A stretch of 64,000 bases of DNA, taken from the IMG/VR virus record IMGVR_UViG_3300044767_000023, positions 29,692-93,691 of that record; one strand, given 5' to 3'. Origin of the DNA: a virus (lineage: Duplodnaviria; Caudoviricetes). Shown one piece after another: positions 1-9,929 of this stretch. The number at the start of each line of letters is the position of its first letter. Positions within the stretch are counted from its first letter, which is position 1. The notes under the pieces are model-generated. The model was given only the letters and a program-made list of their open reading frames with translations. It searched no databases and was not told the DNA's origin. Made by a program: the position numbers and the translations under genes.

Positions 1-1480
1 GGTTGAACTGGGCACTCGCCCCACCGCCGCCAAAGCCACCGCCTTTCGTTTGCATGGGACGCGTTCGAGCCTTCTGGCTAACACCGCCGTCGCTGCTGCC
101 TCCGCCCGCTCCACCGCGGAGGTCGCGCAGCACGTCCACAAACCGCCGCATCTCAAACGCTAGCTTGCCGACTTGGTCAACCAAGGACTCGCCGGTATTC
201 TCGGCGGTGACGGTAGTAGTGCGCCGATCCTCGATGTGCTTGCTTCCGACTGCGACATTGGCCGCACTCAGGATGCCGCTCATATCAAATTTTGCATCCG
301 ACTCGGGCTTGGTCCTAAACGGTAATGGTCCGGCATCGTCGCCACCGGAAAACCTCTGCGGCGTGTTGTTGTCTTGCGTCACCTGAGAAGGCAGCTGGAT
401 CGACTCGGTGGACGGTCCGGTGCCACGGCGATTATTTTCACGCCAGCGATTGACGAATTGGATCCAGCCATCAATCGTCTCTACGAAAGCGGCGAGGTCG
501 CCGGTGAACGCGACCAGCTCCTCTCCTACCCAGGCCAGTATCCGGTCGATGCGCTCCCGAAGCTTGTCCCACGGATAATCCAACAGCGCTTGGACGACGG
601 CTCTGATTTGGTCACCGAACTTCTTGGTATTCTTTTCGTTGAAATACTCCGACAACATTACAATCAGGCGCTTGAAGGTCGGCATCGCCGCCGAGATAAT
701 GCGCTTGCTGATTTGGCTGAGCGTGCGCTGCAGCTTCATCGACTCGATCTTGTAGCGCTTGGCGGCGGCTTCGCTGGGTATGACTACATTGTTAATCTTC
801 TCCAGCGTAGCTAGCATCTCGTTCCAGGCCGCACCCTTTAGGCCCATCGCCTCGCCGTAGGCTTCCGCCGCCCATCGTCCTTCCTCACCTTTCCCGGACG
901 CTGCCGCCATGCGCCGGAGGACTTCCAGCATCGTAGCTTCGAGGCCGTTGCGCGCTAGCGAGTCCTGCAGCTCTCTGGCTACGATCGTGCCAGTGTCGCG
1001 GAAGCTACCTTCCTCCAACTTATCGCGCGTGGATGATTCCGTACCTCGCTGCAAGTCCCGGACGCTGCGCGCTAGCCGTTCGATGCCGGTGCGCGCGTCG
1101 CGGTCGCTTATGCCCCGGGCCTTGGCCGCAATAACGAGGCGCTCAAAGGCCTCGTAAGTTAGGCCGACTTCGCGCGCCACTGCGAATTGCTTGAGACCGC
1201 TATCGGCAAAGCGATCGAGCGAGCTGGCGATGTTGGCAAGTACGGCGACGAAGGAGCCGCTGAAGATCGCCGAGCTGGCACCAAGCGCCAGTATCCCCGA
1301 CTGCAGCTCCCGGCCGACGTTCTGGGCCGTCCGCTCGAGCGCAGCTAAGGCCTTCTGGCCGATCGGTGTGGTGCGCTTGGCCTCCTCCCGGACCCGCTTG
1401 AGCGCGGCATGAACCGCGGTGGCAGTGCCGCTAACTTCGTCCTTGAGGACGATATCAATTTCGGTGGCGCGTCCCGCCAT
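1..1480 (-). CDS. Tape-measure-like protein, paralog 3 (runs off the window edge; absent from the ORF track)
   Basis: ATG at 1480 overlaps the TGA of the upstream gene (TGATG). Hand translation MAGRATEIDIVLKDEVSG...VRDLQRGTESSTRDKLEEGSFRDTGTIVARELQ...YPWDKLRERID...PQRFSGG...IEDRR is open to base 2 and similar to 1480..3702. Confidence 0.85.
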   Translation of the reverse strand, partial: MAGRATEIDIVLKDEVSGTATAVHAALKRVREEAKRTTPIGQKALAALERTAQNVGRELQSGILALGASSAIFSGSFVAVLANIASSLDRFADSGLKQFAVAREVGLTYEAFERLVIAAKARGISDRDARTGIERLARSVRDLQRGTESSTRDKLEEGSFRDTGTIVARELQDSLARNGLEATMLEVLRRMAAASGKGEEGRWAAEAYGEAMGLKGAAWNEMLATLEKINNVVIPSEAAAKRYKIESMKLQRTLSQISKRIISAAMPTFKRLIVMLSEYFNEKNTKKFGDQIRAVVQALLDYPWDKLRERIDRILAWVGEELVAFTGDLAAFVETIDGWIQFVNRWRENNRRGTGPSTESIQLPSQVTQDNNTPQRFSGGDDAGPLPFRTKPESDAKFDMSGILSAANVAVGSKHIEDRRTTTVTAENTGESLVDQVGKLAFEMRRFVDVLRDLRGGAGGGSSDGGVSQKARTRPMQTKGGGFGGGGASAQFN

Positions 1481-3702
1481 CAGGCTGCTGCCGTTATCTC
1501 GCGCTCAACCGTTACACGCTCTTGCGCCATCAGCGTGCCTTCCTTGACTTCGCTATTTACTTTGGTGCCGCGGGCGCTTCGAACCTTGACCTCGAGGTCG
1601 AGCGAGGCTCCCTTGTCGTCCTTCTCCCAACCGTTGATGGCGCCATCGACTTGCTTGCGGCCTTGGGCTCTCTCGCGCCGGTCCTTCTTGATGGCATCGA
1701 TGATCGTCATTCCCTCGTCCTCTTCCTTGTGCCCGGGATTGACTTGACCATGACCGTAGAGCGGGGTGTTGGGATAGTATTTCTCGATGAACTTTTTAGC
1801 CGACTCGATCTGCGCTGGCGTCACGTCCTTGTCATCCTTGGCGATGACTTCCATACCGACGGTGTTGCGGTTGGAAAGGCCTTTGCCGAGCGGGCCCCAA
1901 CCCGTCCGCATATGCGACGAGCCCGGTCCGCCAATCTGCTTGATGGTGCCGTCGCGCTCCATCACGTACTGTACGCCGAGGCCGCGCTGCTGAAGAGTGG
2001 ATGCAACTCCACTGGCATCACCGCGGCCGCTGGTGTGGTGCATGATGAAGGCGGAAGGCGCAGCCCCGCCTACCGCGGTCACGGCTCCCGGTTCGATCGC
2101 GCCCGCCGGAGCCTGCGGATCATTATCAGTAGTACGAGGATTAGCACTAGGTCCACCGGGCTCGGAAGTGCCGCCGCTTCGGCTGCGGCTGGAGCCGCCC
2201 CACGAGCCGCTACTGCCCCCACCACCGTAGCTGCCGCCACTGCCGGAAAAGGAGAAGACCTTGGTTTGTACACCGCCGGAAAGAATGGCGTAGAGATCGT
2301 CGAACTCAACCCGCATCTCGTTGAGCTGCTGCTGGAACCTCGTCAACATAGGACGATCGGAGAACAGCAGGACGCCGCTTATGTCGGCTCGCTCCAGCGC
2401 ATTGTCGTTGACCGCTACGGGCGCGGCGCGGTTGCCAATACTGCCCAGGCCAAGTTGCTCGGCGAGCGCCCCGCCTTCCATCGTGCCGGTCTCTACCGTC
2501 AGACTGTCGGAAGCGCCAAAGCGGCGGTCCTCGATGTTCACGGACTCAGGCAGATCGCCGGCATTCTCCAGCTGGTATTTTTCATACTCCTTGCTGACTT
2601 GGTAGTCAGGCCTCGCCAGGGGCTCGGAGCCGCCGGAGAAATTGACCGGAGTCATACCGCCGCCAGTGCTGCCGGTGATATCCTGCTTCTGCCAACTGGC
2701 GACGGTAGCAACGATGCGAGCCAGAGCGATGCCGACCCGTACCATGTTGGCGACAAACTTGCTAATGCCGCCACCGAGTCCACCGAGCGCGGCATCAATG
2801 CGCTGGCGTATTACATCCCACGGCTCGTTCTCGATAATCTCTACCCAGCGTTTGATCTCGGCGATGAGCTTGCCCGCATTAGCGGGTTCGATCATCTTGC
2901 TTAGCCAGTCGGAGAGTGCCGACATTGCCGGCATAAGAGAGATGGCGATTTCGGTGTAGAGATTATCGACCTCGCGCTGCAGCTCTACCTGTGCCAGGAG
3001 GAACTCGCCCATCTCCTTTTCGACCGGCTCGAAATCATTCTTGGCGAACTCGTCGATCGCCTCTATGGCTTGGTTCCAGGCCGGGCTTTGAAGGCCGAAC
3101 GAGTCGCGCCAAACTTGAGTGGCTTGCCTATCAGCGTCAGTCCCGCCCGCTCCCCGCCGCATCTGGCGAAGGATAATCTTCATGGTCTCGTACGGACGGT
3201 CACCGTCGCGCTCGAGTTGGGCGCGCAGCTGGCGCGCTACCACCGTGCCGGTTCCGAAGGTGCCGCCCTTCTCCAACATGGCGCGGGTATCTGAGTCGGT
3301 CCCCCGGCGCAGATCAAGGACCGCCTCCGCCATTGCCTGTACATCGGCTTCGGCCTGCTCCTTCGAAAGACCGCCCGCCATGCCGATCTTCACGAGCTGC
3401 TGGTACTCGCCCAAGGTCATATTCAAGCGCATGACCGTGGAGTTAAGCGACAGTCCTTTCTGCGCAAACTTCCCAACACTGATTGTCATTCCAGCGAGGC
3501 TGGCAACTAGACCGCCCGAAACTAAGGTGCCGGAAATGCCCAGCAATCCGAACACACTGCCGAGATTGCGGCCGACGCCATAGGCCATCGTCTCGGAGAA
3601 ATCGACCGCCTGCTTGGCGAACTGCTTCTTGATCTTCTCCAGCGCGACTGACACATCGTCGCGAATATGGACGGTTGCGATAGGAGTTGGCTGCTTGGCC
3701 AT
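1480..3702 (-). CDS. Tape-measure-like protein, paralog 2, with C-terminal N-acetylmuramoyl-L-alanine amidase (Amidase_2-like) domain
   Basis: Helical N-terminal half, G/S linker, then amidase motifs FIMHHTSG, VQYVMERDG, NRNTVGMEV, YGHGQV. Confidence 0.8.
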   Translation of the reverse strand: MAKQPTPIATVHIRDDVSVALEKIKKQFAKQAVDFSETMAYGVGRNLGSVFGLLGISGTLVSGGLVASLAGMTISVGKFAQKGLSLNSTVMRLNMTLGEYQQLVKIGMAGGLSKEQAEADVQAMAEAVLDLRRGTDSDTRAMLEKGGTFGTGTVVARQLRAQLERDGDRPYETMKIILRQMRRGAGGTDADRQATQVWRDSFGLQSPAWNQAIEAIDEFAKNDFEPVEKEMGEFLLAQVELQREVDNLYTEIAISLMPAMSALSDWLSKMIEPANAGKLIAEIKRWVEIIENEPWDVIRQRIDAALGGLGGGISKFVANMVRVGIALARIVATVASWQKQDITGSTGGGMTPVNFSGGSEPLARPDYQVSKEYEKYQLENAGDLPESVNIEDRRFGASDSLTVETGTMEGGALAEQLGLGSIGNRAAPVAVNDNALERADISGVLLFSDRPMLTRFQQQLNEMRVEFDDLYAILSGGVQTKVFSFSGSGGSYGGGGSSGSWGGSSRSRSGGTSEPGGPSANPRTTDNDPQAPAGAIEPGAVTAVGGAAPSAFIMHHTSGRGDASGVASTLQQRGLGVQYVMERDGTIKQIGGPGSSHMRTGWGPLGKGLSNRNTVGMEVIAKDDKDVTPAQIESAKKFIEKYYPNTPLYGHGQVNPGHKEEDEGMTIIDAIKKDRRERAQGRKQVDGAINGWEKDDKGASLDLEVKVRSARGTKVNSEVKEGTLMAQERVTVEREITAAA

Positions 3703-3703
3703 C

Positions 3704-6703
3704 TCACTCTTCCTCGCTCGAGGCCGAGCTCTTATCGTCCTTGGTATTGCTCACGGTGTTGGGCATCTGGGCGGCGGACTTGCTGCGGGTAGGATTGAAT
3801 AAGCCTTGATCGCTATCGCCAGCACTCGCTTGCTTACTGCTACCAACCTCGATGTCGATGGCAGCCTTGCCGGTCATCACTTTGTTAGCCATGGAATTGA
3901 CGAGCGAACTGTCGACGATCTTACGGGTAGCATCCTCGTCATCGTTGCGCTTGAGCGCGAGCGTGGTGATGTTAGGTGGCTTTCTGCCCAGCTGGGAAAC
4001 GTCGAAGGTCTTCGACTGGGCAATGCCGCGAGCAGTGGCCTCCTGCTCAGCTTTGTTGCCGGCATAGGCGCCTAGTCCTTCCCCAACTTTTGCCCCCGAT
4101 CCGGTTATGCCCATATGCAGCTTAAGCGCGTCACTCATATAGCCGTAGCCCGCGCCACCAGCTCCCGCCCTCGAGGCCGCCTCGATAAAGGCTAGGCGGC
4201 GCGGATCGTCGCGGGATACAACTGCGCCGGTCTTAGGATCGACGAGGTCAAAGTCGGCGGCCTTTCCTTGGTCGTGGCGATGACTACCCGTTGCGCCCGG
4301 AGCGCCCTGCATCCGCTGGCCGCCGGAAGTAACGCGCACTCGCAGACCAGCTTGCTCGGCAGCGTACTGGAAAGCCGCATCGAGCCTAGGATCAATCCCG
4401 CCTTTGCGAGTGCCAGCGACCTGACCTTGAACCTGCTCGACGAGCGAGGACCCGTCGGCCGCTCGGGCTAATCCTTGCGGCGACAAGCGGTCCGGGCCTA
4501 GCATTCCCGAAAGGTCGATCTCGGAGGTCTGGGCGGTCTTTAGCAGGGAGACTTTAGAGGGATCGACAGCGGCCGTAGCTGGGGCACCAGCTTGGTTTGC
4601 AATTTGGTTAGCGGCCGGCAGCGACCTGATAGTGCGTTGCGGTCTAATGCCAATGACGTTAAACCGATTAGCCATAATGCTGCTGCCGCGCTCTCCGTAA
4701 TTTCCAAAGCCGCCGGGATTTTTAGCGGCTTGGTTTGAGTCCCGGACGAAGGCTTTGACCGAGGCATCGACATCGTAGGCGTTGTTTCCCGGAACCTGCT
4801 GATGAGAATATTGGAAGACACCAAAGGACCCGCCAGCATCTCCCAAGTTTTTAGTCTTCGGATCAAAGCTTGACTCTTCCTTGGCCACCGCAACGCCAAA
4901 CCGCGCCCACTCTTCCGGCGTCCCTTTGGTAATTCCGAACCTTGCACCGTCGGGCGGAATGCCCTGCGGAGGATTGGCCCGGAACTCGGCCAAGAGTTTT
5001 TGGTAGAGAGCGCCACCACGGGCCGCTTCGGAAGCCGAACCCGGATAAGGACCAGTTGCGTCCACTCCACCACCGGGAGGGTTGGCGCCTGATGCCTGGG
5101 TCAAATTCTGCACCGGGGTAAACCCGCCCGTGCCGCCAGCGCCGGCGGGATATCCTAGCGAGGCCGAGCTGCCCGGCATCGCCGCGGTAGTTGCAGCTGG
5201 ACGATAGGGAGAGCTAGCGCCGGCCGGGGTAGCTGAACCCGGAACTGCCGGACCCGAAGAACCGGGCGAGGCGCTATCGCTGTAAGGCGAACTGCTGGAG
5301 GCGGTGTAGGCGCCGCCAGTTGGACCCATTCCACCGGCACTGCCGCCGGGCGTTTGCGCTACGTCGCCGCCACCACGAAGCAAGTCATTGAGCCGACGCA
5401 CCTCGTCAGTAACGTCCCGCATCTGGTCGTTGAGGTCTTCGGTAGTTTTCGCCCGACGAGTAACGGAAGAGAAATCAGTTGCTCCGCTTCCGCCACCGCT
5501 GAAGCGCATCGGAACTTGGTTTGGATTAGGTGGTTGATCGTGGGGTTTCTGCGACAGACCGCCTTTGCCGCCTAGAATGTTTCCCCATTGCCAGCCCTTC
5601 CAGATGTCCATATCCGGAAGCCACTGAGTGCCGCCCTTCTTCATCTTATCTTTAGCTGCATCACCACGTCGAGCAAGATCGTCGAACGTGTCCATGATGC
5701 GCTTGTAGTCTTCGATGTCAGCTTCGATCAGCTTCTTGCCTTCGCGGAACAACGAGATCACGCCACCGACGGTGGAGCGGGCGCCCTTCTGGATATCCTC
5801 CCACGGAAGATTCTCTAGCTGCTTGGCGGCATCGACGAGTGACTTTTGAAACTCCTTGCCGGGCTCGGTGCCTAGCCAATTATTGAAAGTCTCCGCCATC
5901 CGCGTGAACACCGGCATCAACTCATTGCCGATGGCGGTGGTGAAGTTATCGACCTGCAGGCCCAGCAAGGTAAACTGCAGCTGGAGCTTCTGCGCGTCCT
6001 CGACGCTGACGACCGTGACCTTGCCGATCTTTTCGATCAGCTCGGCACCGCGCTCCCAGCCCTTACCATGCAGGCCGAGCGCCTTCTCGATGGTAGTAAC
6101 GCCCCACTGATTGCCTTCCTTGGCATACTGCGCGAGCTTTTGCAGCATGAAACGGAAGCCCTGCTCAGGGCCGCCAGCTTGCACTTCCTTCATGAGCGCA
6201 TCGGCTAGGGCAGCGCCGGTACGATCAGCCGTGCTCTTGACTAGGTCATTGTATAATTCGGAGAAGCGCTCCTTGCGGCCGAGCTCCTGGATCTTCCGCA
6301 GCGCCGTCTCGACATCATTGGCGGCGGTTTCGCTCGCCATGCCGGCAGCTTTACCGGCCAGCTTCCAACGCTCCAAGGCTTCGGCACTGGTGCCAAGCTC
6401 TTTGGCAAGATAGTGTAGCTGCAGGCCCTGCGCACTGAAGTCCGCTAACGCCTTGCCGCCAGCAACAAGGCCTGCAACTAAACCACCACCTAGCAACCCG
6501 CCGGTAATGCCGAGCAGGCGCATGCCCGACATAAGCTCGCGGTGCGCTACCGACCAGACACGATTGAGTGACTGGATCTCCTGTTGGACGCGGCCGGTGC
6601 TAGCCTTGCTATCGACATCGGCTAATGCCAGCCGCAGCTTCTCGAGGTTAGCGAGAGCTTGCCTGCCATCAGCCTTGACGACAATCTCAATGCTATCGGC
6701 CAT
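3704..6703 (-). CDS. Tape-measure protein, paralog 1, with lytic-transglycosylase-like and M15 (LAS) peptidase-like domains
   Basis: Directly follows the tail chaperones; helical N-terminus; SLT-like AKEESSFDP...GSFGVFQY; M15-like VTSG..R...SHRHDQGKAADF...LHMG. Confidence 0.85.
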   Translation of the reverse strand: MADSIEIVVKADGRQALANLEKLRLALADVDSKASTGRVQQEIQSLNRVWSVAHRELMSGMRLLGITGGLLGGGLVAGLVAGGKALADFSAQGLQLHYLAKELGTSAEALERWKLAGKAAGMASETAANDVETALRKIQELGRKERFSELYNDLVKSTADRTGAALADALMKEVQAGGPEQGFRFMLQKLAQYAKEGNQWGVTTIEKALGLHGKGWERGAELIEKIGKVTVVSVEDAQKLQLQFTLLGLQVDNFTTAIGNELMPVFTRMAETFNNWLGTEPGKEFQKSLVDAAKQLENLPWEDIQKGARSTVGGVISLFREGKKLIEADIEDYKRIMDTFDDLARRGDAAKDKMKKGGTQWLPDMDIWKGWQWGNILGGKGGLSQKPHDQPPNPNQVPMRFSGGGSGATDFSSVTRRAKTTEDLNDQMRDVTDEVRRLNDLLRGGGDVAQTPGGSAGGMGPTGGAYTASSSSPYSDSASPGSSGPAVPGSATPAGASSPYRPAATTAAMPGSSASLGYPAGAGGTGGFTPVQNLTQASGANPPGGGVDATGPYPGSASEAARGGALYQKLLAEFRANPPQGIPPDGARFGITKGTPEEWARFGVAVAKEESSFDPKTKNLGDAGGSFGVFQYSHQQVPGNNAYDVDASVKAFVRDSNQAAKNPGGFGNYGERGSSIMANRFNVIGIRPQRTIRSLPAANQIANQAGAPATAAVDPSKVSLLKTAQTSEIDLSGMLGPDRLSPQGLARAADGSSLVEQVQGQVAGTRKGGIDPRLDAAFQYAAEQAGLRVRVTSGGQRMQGAPGATGSHRHDQGKAADFDLVDPKTGAVVSRDDPRRLAFIEAASRAGAGGAGYGYMSDALKLHMGITGSGAKVGEGLGAYAGNKAEQEATARGIAQSKTFDVSQLGRKPPNITTLALKRNDDEDATRKIVDSSLVNSMANKVMTGKAAIDIEVGSSKQASAGDSDQGLFNPTRSKSAAQMPNTVSNTKDDKSSASSEEE

Positions 6704-6895
6704 CTAGCGTCCGGCCTCTTCTTCTTGCGCGCGGCGCTCGTCCGCGAGCTTCTGGCTTAGCTTGCTAGTCCAGACCATATGCCGCCGGATCGCAGAGAGT
6801 GGTTTAGCCAACCACAAATCCGGCTCGACGTTATAGAACCGCGCGAGCCGATAGCAATCCAGAATGAGGTCGTCTACAGATCCGGCGTGAAAAAA
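6704..6895 (-). CDS. Tail assembly chaperone, -1 frameshift extension (GT-type)
   Basis: The -1 frame reading FFHAGSVDDLILDCYRLARFY... overlaps the chaperone 3' end at a TTTTTTC heptamer. Confidence 0.8.
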   Translation of the reverse strand, partial: FFHAGSVDDLILDCYRLARFYNVEPDLWLAKPLSAIRRHMVWTSKLSQKLADERRAQEEEAGR

Positions 6896-7248
6896 GGCAA
6901 CAGCTGCCAAGCAATGCTATTCCAGTCCTTGGGGTTCATCATCCTAATCGAGGACGGCGGGACTGACGCCAGCCTCGACATCATTTGCGTCATCTTCTTT
7001 TCGTTGAACGAAAGCTTGACGGTCTCCCCTTGGAAGGGATCGATATCGACCGGATTGCCACAGCGTTCGATATCGCCGCCATTTGGCTCACGGAAAACAA
7101 GCTCGCTCACTTCCTCGCCGTTGGCCTGGATTGGTTTACGCAGCTTGACCGTGATAGGCCCGGATAGGAGCGCGGCGCCGTTAGTCTTCTGCGGCGGCGC
7201 AGCCTCTTCTTTCTCCGGGGTCTCGTTGTCAATATCTTCTTCTGCCAC
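6874..7248 (-). CDS. Tail assembly chaperone (Mu gp41-like)
   Basis: LRKPIQANGEEVSELVFREPNGGD motif; position after the tube gene. Confidence 0.85.
   Translation of the reverse strand: MAEEDIDNETPEKEEAAPPQKTNGAALLSGPITVKLRKPIQANGEEVSELVFREPNGGDIERCGNPVDIDPFQGETVKLSFNEKKMTQMMSRLASVPPSSIRMMNPKDWNSIAWQLLPFFTPDL
6889..6895 (-). other. Programmed -1 ribosomal frameshift slippery site T-TTT-TTC
   Basis: CCT TTT TTC a few codons before the chaperone stop; X-XXY-YYZ form at the canonical position between tube and tape measure genes. Confidence 0.8.
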
Positions 7249-7274
7249 GCGGGTTCTCCTACGTTACTCGCGGA

Positions 7275-7637
7275 TCAGAGCAGCTCCTCACAGGTTGTGC
7301 CTTCGAAGCGCACCCGGAATTGCCCTTCACGAGAATTGATTTCGATAGCGCTGCGGCACCAAGCTTCCTTGAGCACGTAGACGCTATTGTTGGCGAGCTC
7401 GGCGGTGACGGTAACGTCCGTCATTGCCTCCAGGTTCTCCACCGACATGCCTTGCACGTCAGTCAAGTCCCCTTCGATGTAGGGCACCCTCGGCAACTCA
7501 GAGTACCCATGCACATAATCTTGACCGGCAATGCCAGCGCGCTCGAGTGCAGATGGCGATACCGTGAAGTTGCCTCGCAACGGGAGCAGTGCCCCGTCTA
7601 CCTTGAAGAAGGCGATACCTGCAACGCGCTGACCCAT
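7275..7637 (-). CDS. Contractile tail tube protein (Mu-like)
   Basis: MGQRVAGIAFFKVDG...GQDYVHGYSELPRVPYIEG...VRFEG; 120 aa, follows the sheath gene. Confidence 0.9.
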   Translation of the reverse strand: MGQRVAGIAFFKVDGALLPLRGNFTVSPSALERAGIAGQDYVHGYSELPRVPYIEGDLTDVQGMSVENLEAMTDVTVTAELANNSVYVLKEAWCRSAIEINSREGQFRVRFEGTTCEELL

Positions 7638-7772
7638 GGGTCGCTCCTGTTATCCGATGATGAAGGGAGAAGTAATCGGGGCGGCAAACCAAATCGCAGG
7701 AACCCGCGATGTTCCCCACCGATCCAGCTAGGTGGGATGGTTGCCGCCCCAACGAGGCGACGAAGGGGAGGC

Positions 7773-9368
7773 CTACGCCGCCTGACCCAACGTAGTGGCA
7801 CCGGCCGTGATCTCGGCGTCGTTGCCACGGTTGTACTGCAGACGGAACTGGACGAGCACCGCGAAGATGCGGAGCTGGTTGACCAAGTCCGGCGGGTAAA
7901 GCACGTTCACGCGGTTGGGATTATTCGGATCACGCTCGACGATGAGGTGGCTCTTGAAGTTGGCCACATCCTCCACCAGACCGTTGAACTCGTCGATGCG
8001 ATACTGCGCCACGAGCTCGGCCTTGATCGACTTCGGTGTGACGATCGCCTGCCCTACGCCGAACCTCGTCCCATCGTTCGCCAGCTTATGGCGGGGGAAC
8101 TTGCTGGTAATGGCGTGGCGCTGGTTCCGAATGAGTCGGGCCAGCGTGGCCATCGTGGTGACCAGCTCATACGCATCATCACTCTGGGAGTAGAGATTGA
8201 GTTGGTAGGTCGTGGTTTCCCGCAGGATCATCGGGAAGTTATCGCTGCCGCATTTCTGCGTCGCCAGACCATTGCCGCTGATAGAGTTTAGCTCCATCAG
8301 GTTGAACCGGAAATCTCCCGGAGCCGGCAGGACCAAGTTGAGCGACAGGGTTTGCAGCGGCCGGGCGGGATCGTTGGTAAGCGCCCGCGCTGCTTTCGCC
8401 GCATAGGCCGAACACCACTCATATATTGGCGTCGGCGACATATCCTCTACCGCCATCACCGAGGTCAGTCCGCTGTTGCGGGTTGCTCCCCAGATAATGA
8501 GGTCGGCATAGTTGTCGCGGCGGGCAGTGAAGATGTGGCCATAAAGCTGACGCATCCAGCCCCATCTTCCAGTATCGCTAAAGCCATACTCCTGCTCCCA
8601 AGCCAGCAGGCTGGTGGAGTCGGTATAGGGCATCGCGACGTACTCAAACTCACGCTCGCCGAGGTTGGCGATAGCGTCATCGAAGTTGGGGATGCCAGCG
8701 CCGCCGGTAAGCCGTCCGAACACGTTGGAGGGCGGGGACTCGCCGGAGCCGGAGAAGGTAAGCAGCAGGCCGATAGGAGTTTCCTCACCACCGATCTTGC
8801 CGTAGTAGTTCAGGAACATTCCGATGTCGTTGCCGTTATGGCCCGGCGTCTTGCAGCTTACCGTGACCCGGTTCGTAGCCGAGGTTGCGGTCACCGGGAG
8901 GAACGGCGTCTCGTTGATCTCGGCCGCGATCTGGGTGGCGATCTCGTCCGGGGTATCGCTGGCGCCAATGGTCACCGCGATCTTATGACCGGCAACATAG
9001 AGATTGATCACACCGGCCTCGAACATCGGCGGCGATTGGGTGCCGGCAACGTCGATGGTCCCGCTAGCGGCGGTGGAACCTTCATCCGGATCGACGCCCA
9101 GGCCCCACACTTCGTGTGCGAAGTTGTTGGCGAAGAAGGCCTTGAACATGCAGCTGATCTCCGAGCCTTGACCATAGGCCCGATCGACTTGCGCTTGCGT
9201 GCCCATCGGCCGCGGAATGTCGGGCGGCTGCAGGCCACTCGCCATCTTGGCGCCAACGACGAGCGCCGGCTGGCGGACAATCGGCAAGCCCGCCTGACTT
9301 GGATCGACCTCCGCCCAGTAGAGCGGGATGCGCCACTGAGCGGGAATGCTATTAAACGAAATCGGCAT
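7773..9368 (-). CDS. Contractile tail sheath protein (Mu gpL-like)
   Basis: MPISFNSIP..WRIPL, DPARPLQTL, RHKLANDG, VERDPNNPNRVNVLYPPDLVNQLRIFA. Confidence 0.95.
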   Translation of the reverse strand: MPISFNSIPAQWRIPLYWAEVDPSQAGLPIVRQPALVVGAKMASGLQPPDIPRPMGTQAQVDRAYGQGSEISCMFKAFFANNFAHEVWGLGVDPDEGSTAASGTIDVAGTQSPPMFEAGVINLYVAGHKIAVTIGASDTPDEIATQIAAEINETPFLPVTATSATNRVTVSCKTPGHNGNDIGMFLNYYGKIGGEETPIGLLLTFSGSGESPPSNVFGRLTGGAGIPNFDDAIANLGEREFEYVAMPYTDSTSLLAWEQEYGFSDTGRWGWMRQLYGHIFTARRDNYADLIIWGATRNSGLTSVMAVEDMSPTPIYEWCSAYAAKAARALTNDPARPLQTLSLNLVLPAPGDFRFNLMELNSISGNGLATQKCGSDNFPMILRETTTYQLNLYSQSDDAYELVTTMATLARLIRNQRHAITSKFPRHKLANDGTRFGVGQAIVTPKSIKAELVAQYRIDEFNGLVEDVANFKSHLIVERDPNNPNRVNVLYPPDLVNQLRIFAVLVQFRLQYNRGNDAEITAGATTLGQAA

Positions 9369-9594
9369 AGCAGGCCTCCTTCATGGATGGGGATTTAGGT
9401 TGCTGCCGCGTCGTCTTTTTAGCTGCCTGCTCGGCGGCGTCTCGCATGGCTGCATCTTGCTCGAGTAGTCTTTCCGCATAGTCCCAGCCGTGAACTCGCA
9501 CCAGTTCTGCCAGTAGTTGGTCAGTCTTAGAATAATCATCGGGCCACCACACGCGCGGCCGGCCGTCGTAGTCGTGTGAGTCTGAGTAGTTCAT
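9352..9594 (-). CDS. Hypothetical protein
   Basis: Co-oriented ORF overlapping the sheath start. Confidence 0.5.
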   Translation of the reverse strand: MNYSDSHDYDGRPRVWWPDDYSKTDQLLAELVRVHGWDYAERLLEQDAAMRDAAEQAAKKTTRQQPKSPSMKEACYADFV

Positions 9595-9929
9595 TTGAAC
9601 ACCAGGAGACGCTGACGGTCCTTACACCCCAAGAGGAAGAGGAGCTTGGCTGCAAGTTCTCCGCCAGCGCCCTCGACGCGATGATGCCCTGGCTAAAGGC
9701 TTTCGCGCAGAGATTAGAATGTGTGCAAAATCATTCCGATGCCGAACAAGGCCATCATCAGAATGGCGCCGGTAACGAAGCCGTACAGCCAAGCGATGAC
9801 GATCTCTTGTTCGCGTGGAAGGGGTCTCATGGGTACGGGAGCAGCTGGGAAATTAGGGGACCCACAATCAACCTCCGCGTGGTAGCCAAGTCAATTGCAG
9901 ACTAATCCCCCAGCCCTCCGCGCACCTCC

